Assembly: GCF_018977255.1 (NCBI RefSeq)
Contig: NW_024704749.1
Coordinates: forward strand, 22,134,001 to 22,198,000
Length of the DNA stretch: 64,000 nucleotides
DNA from: Callorhinchus milii
Taxonomy: Eukaryota
Direction of reading: 5' to 3'
The position numbers were made by a program, and so were the translations under genes. The notes below the pieces were generated by a model. It made no database searches, had not been told where the DNA came from, and saw only the letters and a list, made by a program, of their open reading frames with translations. Shown here one piece after another: positions 1 through 13,439 of this stretch (positions are counted from its first letter, which is position 1; every line of letters starts with the position of its first letter).

Positions 1-239
1 ATTCCATAAACTCAGGAAACATTCACTCTTAATTACTAAGATTTGACGTTAGATAATCTCAGAATTAAAGCTACAGCAGGCGTTCTGGGATAATACCACC
101 TGCCGTGTGCACTAGGCAGACTTGCTTTGCTGTTTCCACAACCGTATTGGGAGTACCGTGCTGTATGTCACTAGATTTAAACAGCTCATGAACCACCGCT
201 ACAGAATAAAGCAGGTTCTCTAGTTTTATTATTATTGTT

Positions 240-585
240 AATAATAATAATAATCCTTGCATTTGTTATAGCGCCTTATGATGCCTTCTAGACGTCTCAA
301 AGCGCTTCACAGAATATACTGTAAAGTGAATTGACTATGCTTTGTGGGCGAAACGTGGCAGCCAATTTGCACACTGCAATGTCCCACAACTAGTCGTAGA
401 TTAAGTGACCAAATTAATATTATTTTGAAAGGATTATTACCCCCGGAAAAGCGATCTGTCATTTGATTAACAACCGGGTTCCTATTTACTGCAAGGTATG
501 TGGAGGCATGTGGAGTAAGGAAACTTGCCCAACGTTTTGCCCTGCCTGGGAATCAAACTGCTCTAACCACTAAGCTACAGGATTC
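240..585 (-). mobile_element. tRNA-headed Deu-domain SINE, near full length
   Basis: (aat)n tail, ccttgcatttg..., Deu-like core (cagccaatttgcacactgcaatgtcccacaa), reverse tRNA head (ctctaaccactaagctacagga). Confidence 0.85.
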
Positions 586-635
586 CATAATAATTGTATT
601 ATATCTGATGCTTGTGAAGGATACACATTTACATC

Positions 636-1003
636 GGAGTCCTGTAGCTTAGTGGTTAGAGCACTCACCTTGCAAACAAGAGGACCTAGGTTTGATTCCT
701 GGGCAAGGCTTAGGCAAGTTTCCTTACTCCATACGCCTCTTTACCTGGCAGTAAGTAGGAATCCGATTGTTAGTCGATTGGCAGATCACTTTTCCGGGGG
801 TAATATACCCTTCAAAAAAAATAATAATCATAATTTGGTCATTCAATCCACAAGAGTTTGTGGGACACTGCTGTGCGCAATTGGCTGCTGTGTTTGACTC
901 ACAAAATATACAATAAGTTCCCTTCGCAGTATATTCTGTGAAGCGCTTTGAGACGTCTCGAAGACGTGATAAGGCGCTATATTAAATGCAAGGATTATTA
1001 TTG
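636..1003 (+). mobile_element. tRNA-headed Deu-domain SINE, full length
   Basis: Head ggagtcctgtagcttagtggttagagc...ggtttgattcc (Pol III A/B boxes), core tgtgggacactgctgtgcgcaattggctgc, L2-type tail ending gcaaggattattatt. Confidence 0.88.
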
Positions 1004-2664
1004 TTAATATTACATTGTAATCAATTCCTTTGGTCTAGAACTTATTCTTTATATGTTGACCTTATATGGAGCCCATTGTTTGTGAATCCTTGAGACTCAA
1101 AACTCCCATTTCCTGTTAACAGTAACTGGTGTGGGAAAGTCAGCCGCTGCAGTCTAACTCTTCCAGTAATGTCAGTGAGTTGCAAAGGGGCACGAATAAT
1201 GTTTTAATCGGAACAATATGACTGGTAAGTAAGTGTCTGTGGGGCACCGTGAATGTATGATGAGGGTCAGGAAATCCAAGTTCCGGTTGCTAAAATACTA
1301 GCGAGTTGGCAGACAGGAAAATAAATGTATTTTTTGATTGTGATCTTGTTGTGAAAAAAACAGCTTTAAAATGAGAGGGAAAATGACTTGAGTGAACTGA
1401 GAACAAACACATTGCTGGTTGATGAGATCGTGCTGTCGGGTTTTAGTTCATTATTTTTGCCTTTTATGTACGGATTTATGCACAGTGCGTGGAGGGTAAT
1501 TTTAATGCAATTCTAATTAACCACAAAGAAACGGTAAAAACATTTGCTGCTGATTCTCTAGGTTACAGTATGGTACGCACTGTACTGTTGAATTCCAGAC
1601 ATTTACACGCCAGAAGCTCAGTGCAGTTTGAACTACAAGCCCTTGATCCCGGTTTGGGATCAGTGAGGTGCAGTGTGTTAATGTGAGGGGTCCAGTGTTT
1701 GTGCAGTGGTTTAATGTGGGTTCCAGGTTGGGAACAGCGAACCCAAAGCTACAAGGTAAAGGCTGAGATTCACACAGAGAGTTCAGAGCTGGATTATTTC
1801 TCCCTGGCTGCTGGAGACAGAGAGCGAGCTCAGTATTGGTCACAGTTTCCTCTTGGAGAGGCCTGCGATCGTTTTGAGAAAGTGAAACACTTCTAAATCC
1901 TGACACAGAAAGGAGTAACATCCTCTCCAGCTGGCTCGGTGGCCTTAAATTCCGCAGTCAAATCTCACAAAGATTTATGTACAGTTCTGCAGCCAATTAA
2001 TCACACCACATTGAGGCATAAATTAATCATTCTAGTGACGAGTATTTGAATAGGAATTCAGCAACAACTTGCACCTCTCATGCAGGGTAAATTGCTCTTA
2101 AACCAAATTCAACACAGGATCGCAAAAATTGTTGTCTTTTCTCTGAGTTTGCATTTGGGTGTGTTTACCAGTAGTGTAACATGACTGACACTGAGATCTC
2201 TGCACTTATTGTTCTCAAAGGAAAACCCTGGGAGTTCAGAGATCACAGAATCAGTGTTTCTTAGAGACCCGAGGGGCATAATGCACAGGGACCTCAGCCT
2301 CATCCTTACTGTGAAAGCATTTACTGGCGAGCAGGAAGGCCATGCGGTAGTAAATGGTGTCTGCATCTTTTAGTGGCTTGCAATTTGTAGCCAGTCACTT
2401 TTGTTGTAAATTATGTGTGGGGGGATTTACTGTGCAGTTTTTGTGGCAATTTGGGTTTAGTGTCCTGTAAATAATTTGAACATAAATCTCTTCTTTCCCC
2501 CAAAAAGCACGCTCCGTGCAACAACCTGAAAATTCCTCTGGGCACTATCCTCTCCTAGCGTGCCTAGTGTAATGGTCTGTCTTTCACCTCCACTGTCTGA
2601 CTCCCTGTAGCTCTATTTCAGTGTCATTTGTGACCGTCAGTAAAGCGTGTTTTGCATATAATTT

Positions 2665-2812
2665 GTGAGCGTTTCGCCCCACAAAATACACAGTCAATTC
2701 ACTTAATACACAGTCCCTACACTTTACAGTGTACTCTGTGAGGTGCTTTGAAACATCTCGGAGACATGATAAGGCTCTATATCAAATGCAAGGATTATTA
2801 TTTATATTATTA
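2665..2812 (+). mobile_element. DeuSINE 3' fragment
   Basis: Matches 3' part of copy at 636-1003. Confidence 0.75.
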
Positions 2813-2929
2813 TAATCCTACAACTGTCATTTCCCTCCCCGCCCTTTGTTTTCTCCTTAAATTGTATATCTTCTTCAGGAGCTGCTAGTGGAGGAAACAC
2901 TTTTAACATATTCTACAATAATAATATCT

Positions 2930-3100
2930 AATAATAAACCTTGTGTTTGATATGGCGTCTTATCAGGTCATTTAGACGTCTCAAAGCGCTTCACAGAATA
3001 TACTGTTAAGTGGATTGACTGTATATTTTGTGGGCGAAACGTGGCAGTCAATTGCGCACAGGAGCGTCCCACAAAAAGTTGTGGATCGACTGATCAAATC
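2930..3100 (-). mobile_element. DeuSINE 3' half
   Basis: Reverse complement of SINE core and tail. Confidence 0.8.
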
Positions 3101-5159
3101 TCTTCACACCTATTATTACCTGCATTACCTTTTCGGGTTATCTTCCTCCTCCTCCTCTCCCACCCCCCTGCGCTCCACCACGAACATTAATTTCCCCTCC
3201 CCATCTCTTCCTGTTTCTTCCTGAAGCCAATTGTGGCTCAGGCAGTTTGTCCTGCAAACCACAGCTGGACTGCAAATCTGTGTAGAATTTGAGGCGCTGT
3301 ACCAATAATCACTCGGAAACTGGCAACTCCTGAACGGAGACAGTAGTTTGAATAACTTTTCTTTGCACTCACTCTTGAATTGTGTTGAATGTACATTGAC
3401 TAATTCATTTATACTGAAGACTACAATGTGCAGAGCTACTTGCGAGTTTGGTCTCGTTATTCTATGGTTTTCATCTTTAACATTCGACGCAATATTAATT
3501 TTGTGCTGTGATTTTCACGCAATGCGAATGAATTTACTATTCAGTGATTAAGTCCATCCCAATTATTTCCAGCTTTTTAAACAAATGCTGGTTCAGGAAG
3601 TGATATGCAGCCATGCTGACGGCGTGCAGGACAGTGGATTAAAAGCACTCCCGCCTCTGAATGCCCACTGCAGAAAGTAGGTCACTAGACAAGCACACAT
3701 CATTTACGGTGGTTGACCTTTCCTCAGTGTCAGGAAAGCACAGGAAAGCGCTTTTACTCTGAATGCTGCAAACTGCTGGCTGCAGCAGACAGCTTTATTT
3801 CAGATTGCTGCCAACCAGTAATGACTATTTCACATCCTGTTTACCGCACTTGTATCCGTGCTTTATGCAAACCAAATATTCGGTGTCATCTACATTTAGT
3901 TCAAGAAGCGCAGATGACAGTACCAGTGGTTTGAGTGCCAGGGATTTCTATACACTTCTATGACCGGTTGGTGACAAATCGTGTACACAGTTCAGTTGTG
4001 CTGTTCTCGTGCTGCTTTTAGTTTGTCTGTGGAGGCAGCTAGCGGTGGTTTTCCTGGCTCGTAATCCGGCAAGATCCAACTCTGGATCGGATCTGCCTTT
4101 GTCTCCACCTGAAGTAAGTAAGATGCTCAGTGCCTTGGCAGACAGAGACTATAACAATGTCATTGTGTTAGTATCACATTGATGTCGAGGCTTTTGTGCA
4201 GAGGCAAGCCCATGTGAGATTTTGGGGGTGCAACCATAATAGTAACGGTAACACAGTTACCTGATTTTTGCGCTGCCTGCCTCCGCTAGTTATTTGAGCA
4301 GCAAAGAAAACCAGAATAAACCACCTTTAACGGTATATTGTGGAAGCATGAATATCTGGACGTCATCATGGGACTTGCACAGTAGTGTCAAGGCATCTGC
4401 TCGTATGCAGAACGTCATTCGCCACAGGCGGTCTCCGGAGATGAGAAAGTCAGATAAGCTTTGCTGTCAGCTTTTGGGGACTCAGTTCCACAACGATGCG
4501 AAGTTTAACGATGTTAAAGCATCTTACTGTAGCCTCCGGTTTAGTTTAAGTTTAATGTCAGAGCAACTTCTGGTGTCTAGCTGGGACTAATGTGAGCTGC
4601 TGGTAGGCTGGGTCCCTCTGGTTTGTGTCGCAGGTGGTGAAAGACTGAACATGGCAGAAGTGTGAATGTTTCATCAAATGAGGGTGTGCTATCATTATGT
4701 ACAGGCAAATCATTTCTCGGGTTCAAATAAGGGCAGACCTTCATTCACATCCCTCTAAGAAAGGTGCACACTAGCAATATGCTCCACTAGTTTTAATTGT
4801 CTGCCTTTTCAGTTCACAGAAGCCAAGAAGAATGGTTTAAAACAGTTAGCGTTCTGTCCTTGGCACAGAGTAATTGCATTGTTACACAGCCCAGTCCCAT
4901 TGGGATTGGAGATGAACGCCACTGCTATTTTCATCAAATTACGAATGAAATTAACCTTTTTTTTCCCCCCACTCCGCGCAGCATTAACAGTACAGTGTTG
5001 ATCAAGTGATTTGAAGAGCTCAACATGTACGTAAACTGAATGGTATTTTGTCCCTTGGTGTTCTGCTGCAGTCACAGAGTGAACCGGTTTGTTTGTCCAC
5101 GGTGCGTGGCTGCCACTTGGCATTCTCTAACACACTGTTTGGCAAACTCCACCTAGATT

Positions 5160-5290
5160 GTTATAATATGAGGCAGAAGGGAATAGAGGGGATTAGGAGG
5201 GGAGGAAACTTGTGTGCAGTATAAACGCTGGCACGGACTAGTTGGGCTGAATGGCCTGATTCCATGCTGTAACATTCGATGTAGCTATGT
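5160..5290 (+). mobile_element. CR1 LINE 3' terminal fragment
   Basis: gggctgaatggcctgattccatgctgtaacattcgatg, similar to the CR1 3' end at 14220-14270. Confidence 0.6.
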
Positions 5291-5616
5291 ACTTTATGTG
5301 TGGTTTTGGCCGGTGCTTAGAGACGTGTGAATTTATGGAGGTTACCCTGGAGCGGGTGGGACTGGAGTGCCCAGCAGTAAAGTGGGGGTTACCTATTTCC
5401 TAACTGAACCCATGAGCTTTAGGTAATTAGTAACAATAAAGTTGCTGGCTGTTTTTTCCTCTACCTTTTAACTAAATATCAAATACATATGTGTGTACGG
5501 AATCTCACTGATGATGCAACTGGCACATGGCAATCTGGGCTACTGTAACCTCTCAGGATACAGACCAGACCTGTCAGTTACTGACCTCATAGTCTGTCCC
5601 CTTAGCAACATCATTA

Positions 5617-5835
5617 TAATGGTAATCCTTGCATTTGATCCTAATCACGTCTTTGCGATGTCTCAAAGCGCTTCACAGGCTACTTGTAAACTGAATTGAC
5701 TATATTTTGTGGACAAAATGCGGTAGCCAATTGCTCACAGCAGTGTCCCACAAACAGTGGTGGATTGAGTGACCAATTTATCTTTATTTTGAAGGCATTA
5801 TTACCCCCGGAAAAGCAATCCGCCATTCGACGAAC
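5617..5835 (-). mobile_element. DeuSINE partial
   Basis: Reverse complement of SINE core and tail. Confidence 0.8.
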
Positions 5836-6129
5836 AACATCCTCGTAAGAGGATAATAGTCATTGCTAACCTTTTTAACAAACACTTCTCGAGTTTTTCA
5901 GAGAATTTAGCACATGAGGGAAAACCATGTGAACCTTTTAACACCACTGAATAAACCAGAACAGCATCTGGTTAATGCAGCAAACAACTAGTCACTAGTC
6001 TCTAGAGCTTCCACATGGCAGAAAGATTTCCTCCTCCTCCTCCAAACACTGCGACTGAGCTGGAAATAGTTAATGGGAAAATCGTCTTGCTTACATTATC
6101 TTGTTTTTATTTGATTTGGAAAGAAAAAA

Positions 6130-6280
6130 CGACTGTGGGACACTGCTGTGCGCAATTGGCTGCCATGTTTTGCCCACAAAAATATACAGTCAATTCACTT
6201 ACAGTGTATCCAGTGAAATGCTTTGAGACGTCTCAAATATGTGATAAGGCGCTGTATCAAATGCAAGGATTATTATTATT
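6130..6280 (+). mobile_element. DeuSINE 3' half
   Basis: gactgtgggacactgctgtgcgcaattggctgcc...gcaaggattattattatt. Confidence 0.82.
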
Positions 6281-6554
6281 AAAAGCCCTGGATTATAAAA
6301 CTAAAGTGTGTCGCGTAGTGGGTACAATTTACCCAATTGTTGCTCTTTATGACTAGCTTTTGTTTTCAAAATGAGCCATACAGATATGTCATTTGCTTGA
6401 TTTGAAATTCAACAACCAACTGAAATGTAATGAAGCTTCAGTAATACTTTGCTGCTAATTATTTGCCAAATGAGCATCTTATTTTGCCGCATGATTCCAG
6501 TGTTGGCTGGTGAACCTATAAGGAATCGGAATGAGCCTAGTGTCTGATTAATTG

Positions 6555-6697
6555 CTCCTCTTCGACTACGTGTTTAGTCACCCTCCTATCCCTCCTGATC
6601 CCAATCCCCAGCTCGGATCCAAATCCCTCACCGTACAGCACATTGGGACATCCTCCCAACGTGAAAGGCACTGTGTAAGTGTAATTTGTTGTTGTTG
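6555..6697 (+). mobile_element. L2 LINE 3' fragment
   Basis: Similar to the 3' end of the L2 at 24663-25610; ends in (ttg)n. Confidence 0.7.
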
Positions 6698-7089
6698 CAG
6701 TATAGAGGGTGAAGGTGCCAGAAAGCTTTACTTTTGATGTTCGATTTAGGATTCAGACTGTTTAGAAGAAGGTTATTGTACAATTTGAAATTTATTCATT
6801 GTTTTCCGTTGGGAGTTGGTTTATGATGCCGTTCATTTTGTGAGTAATTAAATTGTCTTTTATCTGGGTAAATCCAGCGCCTGCTATTATTAGAATCCGG
6901 TATCCTTGTCCTATCTTGTCAAATTAATGCAGTGTCAAAATATATTGTGATTTTTTTTAAGTTAAGTTTGTATAAATCTAGCGCCTTATTGGTATAATGA
7001 ATATATCTGTTCTTTGAGAGCCCCCATAATCTGTTGTCACATTTTAAATTGGTATTCATGATACCTAAGGTAAATGCCAGGCTTTGCAA

Positions 7090-7205
7090 TTAATAATAAT
7101 AATCCTTGCATTTGATATAGCGCCTTATCGCATCTTCGAGATGTCTCAAAGCACTTCATAGGATATATTGTAAAGTGAATTGATTGTATATTTTGTGGAC
7201 AAAAT
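7090..7205 (-). mobile_element. DeuSINE tail fragment
   Basis: (aat)n ccttgcatttgatatagcgcc... Confidence 0.75.
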
Positions 7206-7796
7206 TGGGGTGAAGGCAGGCGGGCTCCGATGCTGTGTGTTGTGATGGATTGAACAGTGTGTGGGCAGCATAAGCAGTTTCAATAACACTGAAATCAATG
7301 CCTATTTGATTAGTAATTCAATTTTTACAACCAAAGTGCACAAAATCCAGATGAAATCCTGTTCTCTCCATAGACTGATATAAATTATGTAAACTAATCC
7401 TGTACTTTATTGTTCAAAGATTCACAGTGATCACCTGCTGGTCAAATTAATTGAAGTAAGTGAAATAATTACACCTGGATTTACTACAGAGCAGAGCTGT
7501 ATTGAATATTGCTACATCTATCACCCTGAGCTGCCCATCGCTGTTTGTGAAATAGAAACAAGGGAACAAAGGCAGCAAATTATCCATTTTGGAAAAGCCA
7601 AAGTTCCTGTATTGAGTCTTTGTATTGAGACCTGTGTGCTAGGATAGCCAGGGGCAGACTACGTCACCACCAAGTCCTTCCAGAAAGTGGAGACGTTGTA
7701 GGAATTCATTCTGCTTCTTCTGGCAAAAATTTCAAAATGCCCCTATTGCCGACTGGGAGTAGACAAAAGAGCAAAAGGCAGAGCGAGGTGGGTATC

Positions 7797-8138
7797 AGTG
7801 CTGTACCTTAGAGGTGAGAGTACCCTGGGTTCCATTCCCGGGGAGGGTGAAACGCTGGGCAAGTTTCCCTACTCCACGCCTATTCACCTAGCAGGAAGAA
7901 GGAACTGGTTGTTAGTCGTTTGACAGATCGCTCTCCCGAGGATAATAATCCTTTTAAAAAAAAGTAATTTGGTCACTCAATCCATGAGTGTTTGTGGACG
8001 CTGCTGTGCGCAATTGGCTGCCGTGTTTCGCCCACAAAATATACAGTCAATTCACTTTACAGTATATTCTGTGAAGAGCTTTGAGATGTCTTGAAGATGT
8101 GATAAGGCGCTGTATCAAATGCAAGGATTATTATTGTT
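7797..8138 (+). mobile_element. DeuSINE, near full length
   Basis: Partial tRNA head, core and tail as in 636-1003. Confidence 0.85.
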
Positions 8139-9079
8139 ATTCTATGACTACCCAGAGAACGTTAGACTCCAGTGACATGTAAACTAGCGGTGGGTGTGCA
8201 GATTCATTTTGTATTTAAAAACTGCCATTATCTAGACAGCACCAGATGGCCAAGAAAGGCCAAAAGACATCTGCCTTCCCCGTCATTGAAAGCCTCATCT
8301 TTGTCATTTCTTTTGTGGAGTGTAATGGTTCTGTGGTGCCTAAACATCAGGGAACGGACATGTATTAATATATTGTGTGTATGGAGATATATATATATAC
8401 ATATAGATTCACTAAGCGCAGATGTGCATGAAGAGTTAATTTAATAAACCTGTGTGAAGCATCCACAGGAGAAGCAGACCGGATATGACAGATAATGTGC
8501 TTTGGGGAATATAATGGCAAAGTGAGCCTTGCAATTTTTTTTCACCTGTTTGAAGAGATTTATTTTTGAATGCAAAGTACTGACGTGTTGGATATTTGCT
8601 TCCACATTAACTGTGACATCTGGTCGCATTATGTAAAATTATTCTGCAAATACCTTTTTCCTAATTTGATTTATGCTGCGTGATTGTTTTTGTAGGATTG
8701 TTTCATTATTTTCCTGTGTGCATTAGATACTTGAAAGGCCTCTTGGAGATGGTTAAATATTAGCTGGGCTTCACAAGCCACAAAGCTTTTAAGCAGGGCT
8801 GCTGGCTCCGAGTGGATCAGGAGATGTGATGTAGTGCAGGAGAAACAATCTGAGAAAAGGATCTTTGAATGGTGAAGAGAGAAAGCAGTAACATCTCATT
8901 TCATGAATAGTCCACTTTGGGTGAATTTCTGTTCCATCACCTTTACTATCGATCTGTAGGGTATAAAGCCAGTATAAAGAGTATTAATAATAATCCTCTT
9001 CAGGGCCACTTTGCGTGAAAGAATTGTTTATTAGTGACACAATGTAATAACAGTGGTCACACTCCATGGTGTCACTGAA

Positions 9080-9225
9080 CAACAACAACTACAAATTACC
9101 TTTGTATAGCGCCTTTCATGTCAGGAGGACGTCCCAAGGCATCCTCACCCGAGCTGGTGGTTGGGATCAGGAGGGGTGGAGGGCGGGGAGGGGCGGGACG
9201 GTGACTGAAGGCACGGTCGAAATGA
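9080..9225 (-). mobile_element. L2 LINE 3' fragment
   Basis: (aac)n then gcgcctttcatgtcaggaggacgtcccaag, the reverse L2 tail. Confidence 0.7.
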
Positions 9226-10179
9226 GATATCAAAGTGGACCCATGCAACTGTACTCGGCACCAGTAGGTGTCTGGCATCTGTCTTCCCTGTGTCCACTCC
9301 TTGCATGTGGCACATACGCACACTTCGATTCCAACAACGATTTTGGGCCAAGATAGAGATGCAAGGAAGCACTTATTATTTTACAACCCATGGGCTCAAT
9401 TTCGTTCACGTCCATTTGTCACTAAGTTAACATTAGTGCTGCAGGGTGCAGCCCTCGCTGTGAGGAGAGGAGCTGAGGGACGCCCGTTTGTGTGTGAGGA
9501 AGCTGATTTCTGGGCTCCGTGCTGCACGCACTTCTAAACATCCTTTAAATAATTGATGCCAATCATTGCTGGAAGAACTGTATGGTTTAGATGTGAACTG
9601 TGGGATATACAACACATTTCGTATTCTGGCAGCTTGTGACTGTATGTCAGAGCCATACTCCTTGCCTCCCGATGCTGCACGTTCTACACACAAAAAAACA
9701 TATTTTGCACAGACAGTGGAGACAAACAGACACTTTAAATTAATAATGATGATTCTACAGTCATGTTGGTTCTTGAGGCTAACTCTGAGCTCCCAAAGCT
9801 TGGAGTATTTATTCTTCCAATACTCAGCGTATGTGTGCGCGTGTGTGTGAGGGAACCGTACTGAAGGTCTCTGGATGGTGACCATAACTTCACCAATGGT
9901 CATTAATTTAGCTTAACATTTGTGCATCATTATATTGCTTAATGATGTTGACATGCCTGGCTTTACGTAGTTAAAATGTGTTTAATGGTGATGTTATGCA
10001 GTTGGTCACAGTTCCAGCATTATTGGTGTGTCTGTGCTTGGCAACGGTACATTTTATGTAGGTTTTCAGCTTGCTGGATTTTGCGGAGGCCTATAATAAT
10101 TTAAAACATCTTAGGTAAAGCAACACAAATGAGCTCTGGCGTTTCATGCAAGTTGCATTTTAAACTGATCCAAATAAAT

Positions 10180-10770
10180 GCTTTGGTAGGTAGATGTAGT
10201 GAGTGGTGTTCCACAGGGGTCTGTGGTGAGGCTGCTCTTATTTGCGATATAATTAAAGATCTGGACTTACGAACTGAGGGAACAATATCAACGTTTGTTG
10301 ATTCTTAATTAGGATTTGCGAATGTTTTTAAGATTGGGAAAAACTTGAGGAGAACATGGGTAAGCTAGCAGAGTGGGCAGATAGCAGCACATGCAGTTTT
10401 GTGAAGTAATACACTTTTGTAGGATTTTAAATGGATCCAGGGACCATTTACAGGCAACCGGGTCCTTAAAGGCTGCAGATAGATATAAAACCATAAAAGG
10501 GCAAACTGATTCCTTGGTTTCAGAGAATTAATAGTAATCCTTACATTTGATACATTGCCTTTCATCTCAAGGGGATGTCTCAAAGTATTTCACAGGATTT
10601 ACTAAAGGGTATTTTATAGCAAGGAGAAAATATTGAACCTGTACAGTGCATTGATCAGGTCACAGCTGGAGTATTTCCTCCAGTTTTGGACACTCATTAT
10701 AGGAGAAAGTGTAGCAGTGTAGATTCTCCACGATGTTACCAGGGTTATGAAGGGAGACTTGAGTGTCGGG
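10180..10770 (+). mobile_element. Degraded CR1 LINE reverse-transcriptase fragment
   Basis: agtggtgttccacaggggtctgtg = SGVPQGSV RT motif; later ggtcacagctggagtat...ttttggacac resembles CR1 ORF2; many stops. Confidence 0.6.
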
Positions 10771-11407
10771 CTTTATACACTGGAGACATTTTATGTAATT
10801 ACATGTGGTAGCTTTTAATTTACAGTTCCAATGCACAGGAGATTTGCACCAGCCACTTAACACTAGACTGGTTCCAACCACCTCCTCATAGCCCCAGCAA
10901 ACCCCGAGGCCAAAAGGTGGGAGTTTCTTCTCTGAAATAAATTGTTGCTATTACTACATTTCATGCAGTTATACTGGAAATTCTCAAGGAATGGAAATTA
11001 CCTGGACAAATGCGAGTAGTGCTTCCAGCCATTATATCTCTTTGCTTCTCTTATGTCCCCCCTCCCCACACACACACACACACTTCCTTTAAGCGCTCAG
11101 AAAGTTGAGGGTTCAAGTCCCAAGTTGGGTTTTCCACCTCATAGTCCGAGCTGACAGGTGACTGCATTGCTGGGGGAGTGCAGCATTGTTGGATATGTAC
11201 TTTACAGAAAACTCTGTGAAGGGCTTCGAGACTTTGATGTGATAAGGTTCTATCAAAAGCAAGGATTATTATGATTTATTATATTCCTTCTACTTACATT
11301 TTTTCTCCCTGCTCTCTCAAAATATTTTTGAAAACCTGCCTTTTCACCCATCATCTTATTCCCACCCAGAGTTTCCCATCTCCTTTTGGTTTCCACAGTT
11401 TCCTTGT

Positions 11408-11885
11408 AACAACAACAACTTGGATTTATATAGCGCCCTCCACGCTGGACGGCATCTCAGAGCGCATTACAGTAACGGATCCTGGGACGGAGCTGGGGGG
11501 AGGGGGAGGAAGGTGACCAAAGGAGCGGTCGAAAAGAAAGGTCTTCAGCAGAGACCTGAAAATGGGAAGGGAGGGAGCGAAACGAAGGGAGTGAGGAAGG
11601 GAGTTCCAGAGCCTCGGGGCATAGTGGCTGAAGACACGGCCGCCGAGGGTGGAGTGGAGGACTCGGGGGACGAGGAGGAGGCCAGACCCGGAGAAACGAA
11701 GGCAACGGGTACTGTTTTGAGAAGAGAGGAGGTCAGAGAGGTCGGGGGGTGCAGAGGAGTGCAGGGACTTGAATACAAGGGTGAGGATCTTGAAGTCGAT
11801 CCTCTCTGGGACAGGCAGCAGTGCCGTCTGGCCAGGACTGGGGGGATCGGAGAGTGGAGTTTCGTGCGGGTGAGAATGCGGGCAA
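11408..11885 (-). mobile_element. L2 LINE 3' end (subfamily A), 5'-truncated
   Basis: Minus ORF 11426..12067 contains LPVPERIDFKILTLVFKSLHSSAPPDLSDLL...LGGRVFSHYAPRLWNSLP...FRSLLKTFLF, the L2 ORF2 C-terminus; (gtt)n tail. Confidence 0.88.
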
Positions 11886-12789
11886 CAGAAAAGCTCTTTA
11901 GCTGTTTTCTGGAGATGCTGGAGCGAATTGAAGCAGCACTTAAAATTCTCCAGATCAGGTGAGTGGATGCCTTTTACAAAAGAGCACAAGCTGCCTGTTT
12001 GCGAGGGTTTGGCAGATAGTAGTTTAAGAAGCTGGAGGGAAAACCAATTAACACCCTCCACACACACACATCCATTTCTGTTTGATTAGACTCTTAGTGG
12101 AAAAAGTTTTTTAGTTTAGCGTTGCTGCAGACAATTATCGACCCAAAAGATTGGCGGTTGCTTTGCAAATTGATTAAAGTGCTGAAGTGGTTAGGAATAC
12201 CTGATGATGCTGTTTCGTTGTGATGTTGGAACGTTGATCTCATTGAAGATTCTGTGGCCAACACTGTATGGGTACGGAGGGGAATTCTGTGAGATTGTTT
12301 CTGCTTTTCAGCCCCTGACCTTGTGAGGGCTACAGGAGTGTGTCAATTAAATTAAACTCGATTTAAAAACCACAGTGAATTCTTAGCAGTTCACCTTCTG
12401 ATTATTTTTCAAACAAAGTAAACTATTGATTATAGAGGCAAACTATCTGGATCCCCCGCATCAATTCAATGCAGAGCTCCAGCAAAGTGTTCGCCTGTAC
12501 AGTAACCTTCAAACTCAGCTTGTACTTTGTCAGCCATGGATGAACTGCACTAAAGAATAAAGTGGCTTACAGAGAGTGGAGTCGATTCCCGGGCACGACT
12601 ATGGTGTGATACCTGCAGTTCATTGTTGTGATTTAGTTGCCGTCAATGTCAGATTGCTGACCAGGGGTTGGTAATGAGATGGGGAAACAGATTGAGATTC
12701 AGGAGACCGATGGTTTCTCAGACTTTTAACTGTGGTGCAAGCAGGTTCATGGCCTGTTGGGCTTTCTATTCCTTCTATTCTATTCTTTT

Positions 12790-12963
12790 TTAAAAAAATG
12801 TGGTCACTCAATCCACGACTGTTTGTAGGACACTGCTGTGCGCAATCGGCTGCCACGTTTCGCCCAGAAAAATTGGTACAGTCAATTCACTTTACAGTGT
12901 GTTCTTTGAGACGTCTCGAAGACGTGATAAGGCGCTATATCAAATGCAAGGATTATTATTATT
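12790..12963 (+). mobile_element. DeuSINE 3' half
   Basis: Core and tail match. Confidence 0.82.
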
Positions 12964-13439
12964 CTATTCCTTTGTTCGTATTTAATGAAAGCAGACGGTT
13001 CCAGTGTGTCACTGTGTGAGTTTTCCCACCTCGAAGCATCACTTTGAGCCTCAGCCTCGGGGTCACAGTACAGCTCTTGTAGGTTGATTTAACTTTCTGC
13101 TTTTTAATCAGTCAACTGGATTGCTGCCGTCAGGAATAAAATCAGCTTTCATTTAATGTGTAAATTGCTGTAAATGCAATAATAAATGTGTAAGTTTTTT
13201 TAAATGTTCACCTCATTACTTTAGTCCAAAAACAGAATCCACACTTTGAGCTGCACTGTATGTGAGAAGTAATGTTTAACGCCAGGTTTCCTTCCATTGT
13301 GTTGCCATGCGCCCTGTAACCGGACTTGAGTCAAAATTTCATTTCAAACTTTTCCCTGAAATATACCTCCTATCTCCTCCCTACCCCCCTGTTTTTATTT
13401 ATGAGCCAGAATATTTTTACAGCTCAATAACAGAACCTC

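Noticed and set aside
636-710. tRNA-like sequences here and at 18351, 20103, 23818, 31399 and 51988
   Set aside because: All continue into the SINE body and have degenerate stems; they are SINE heads, not tRNA genes.
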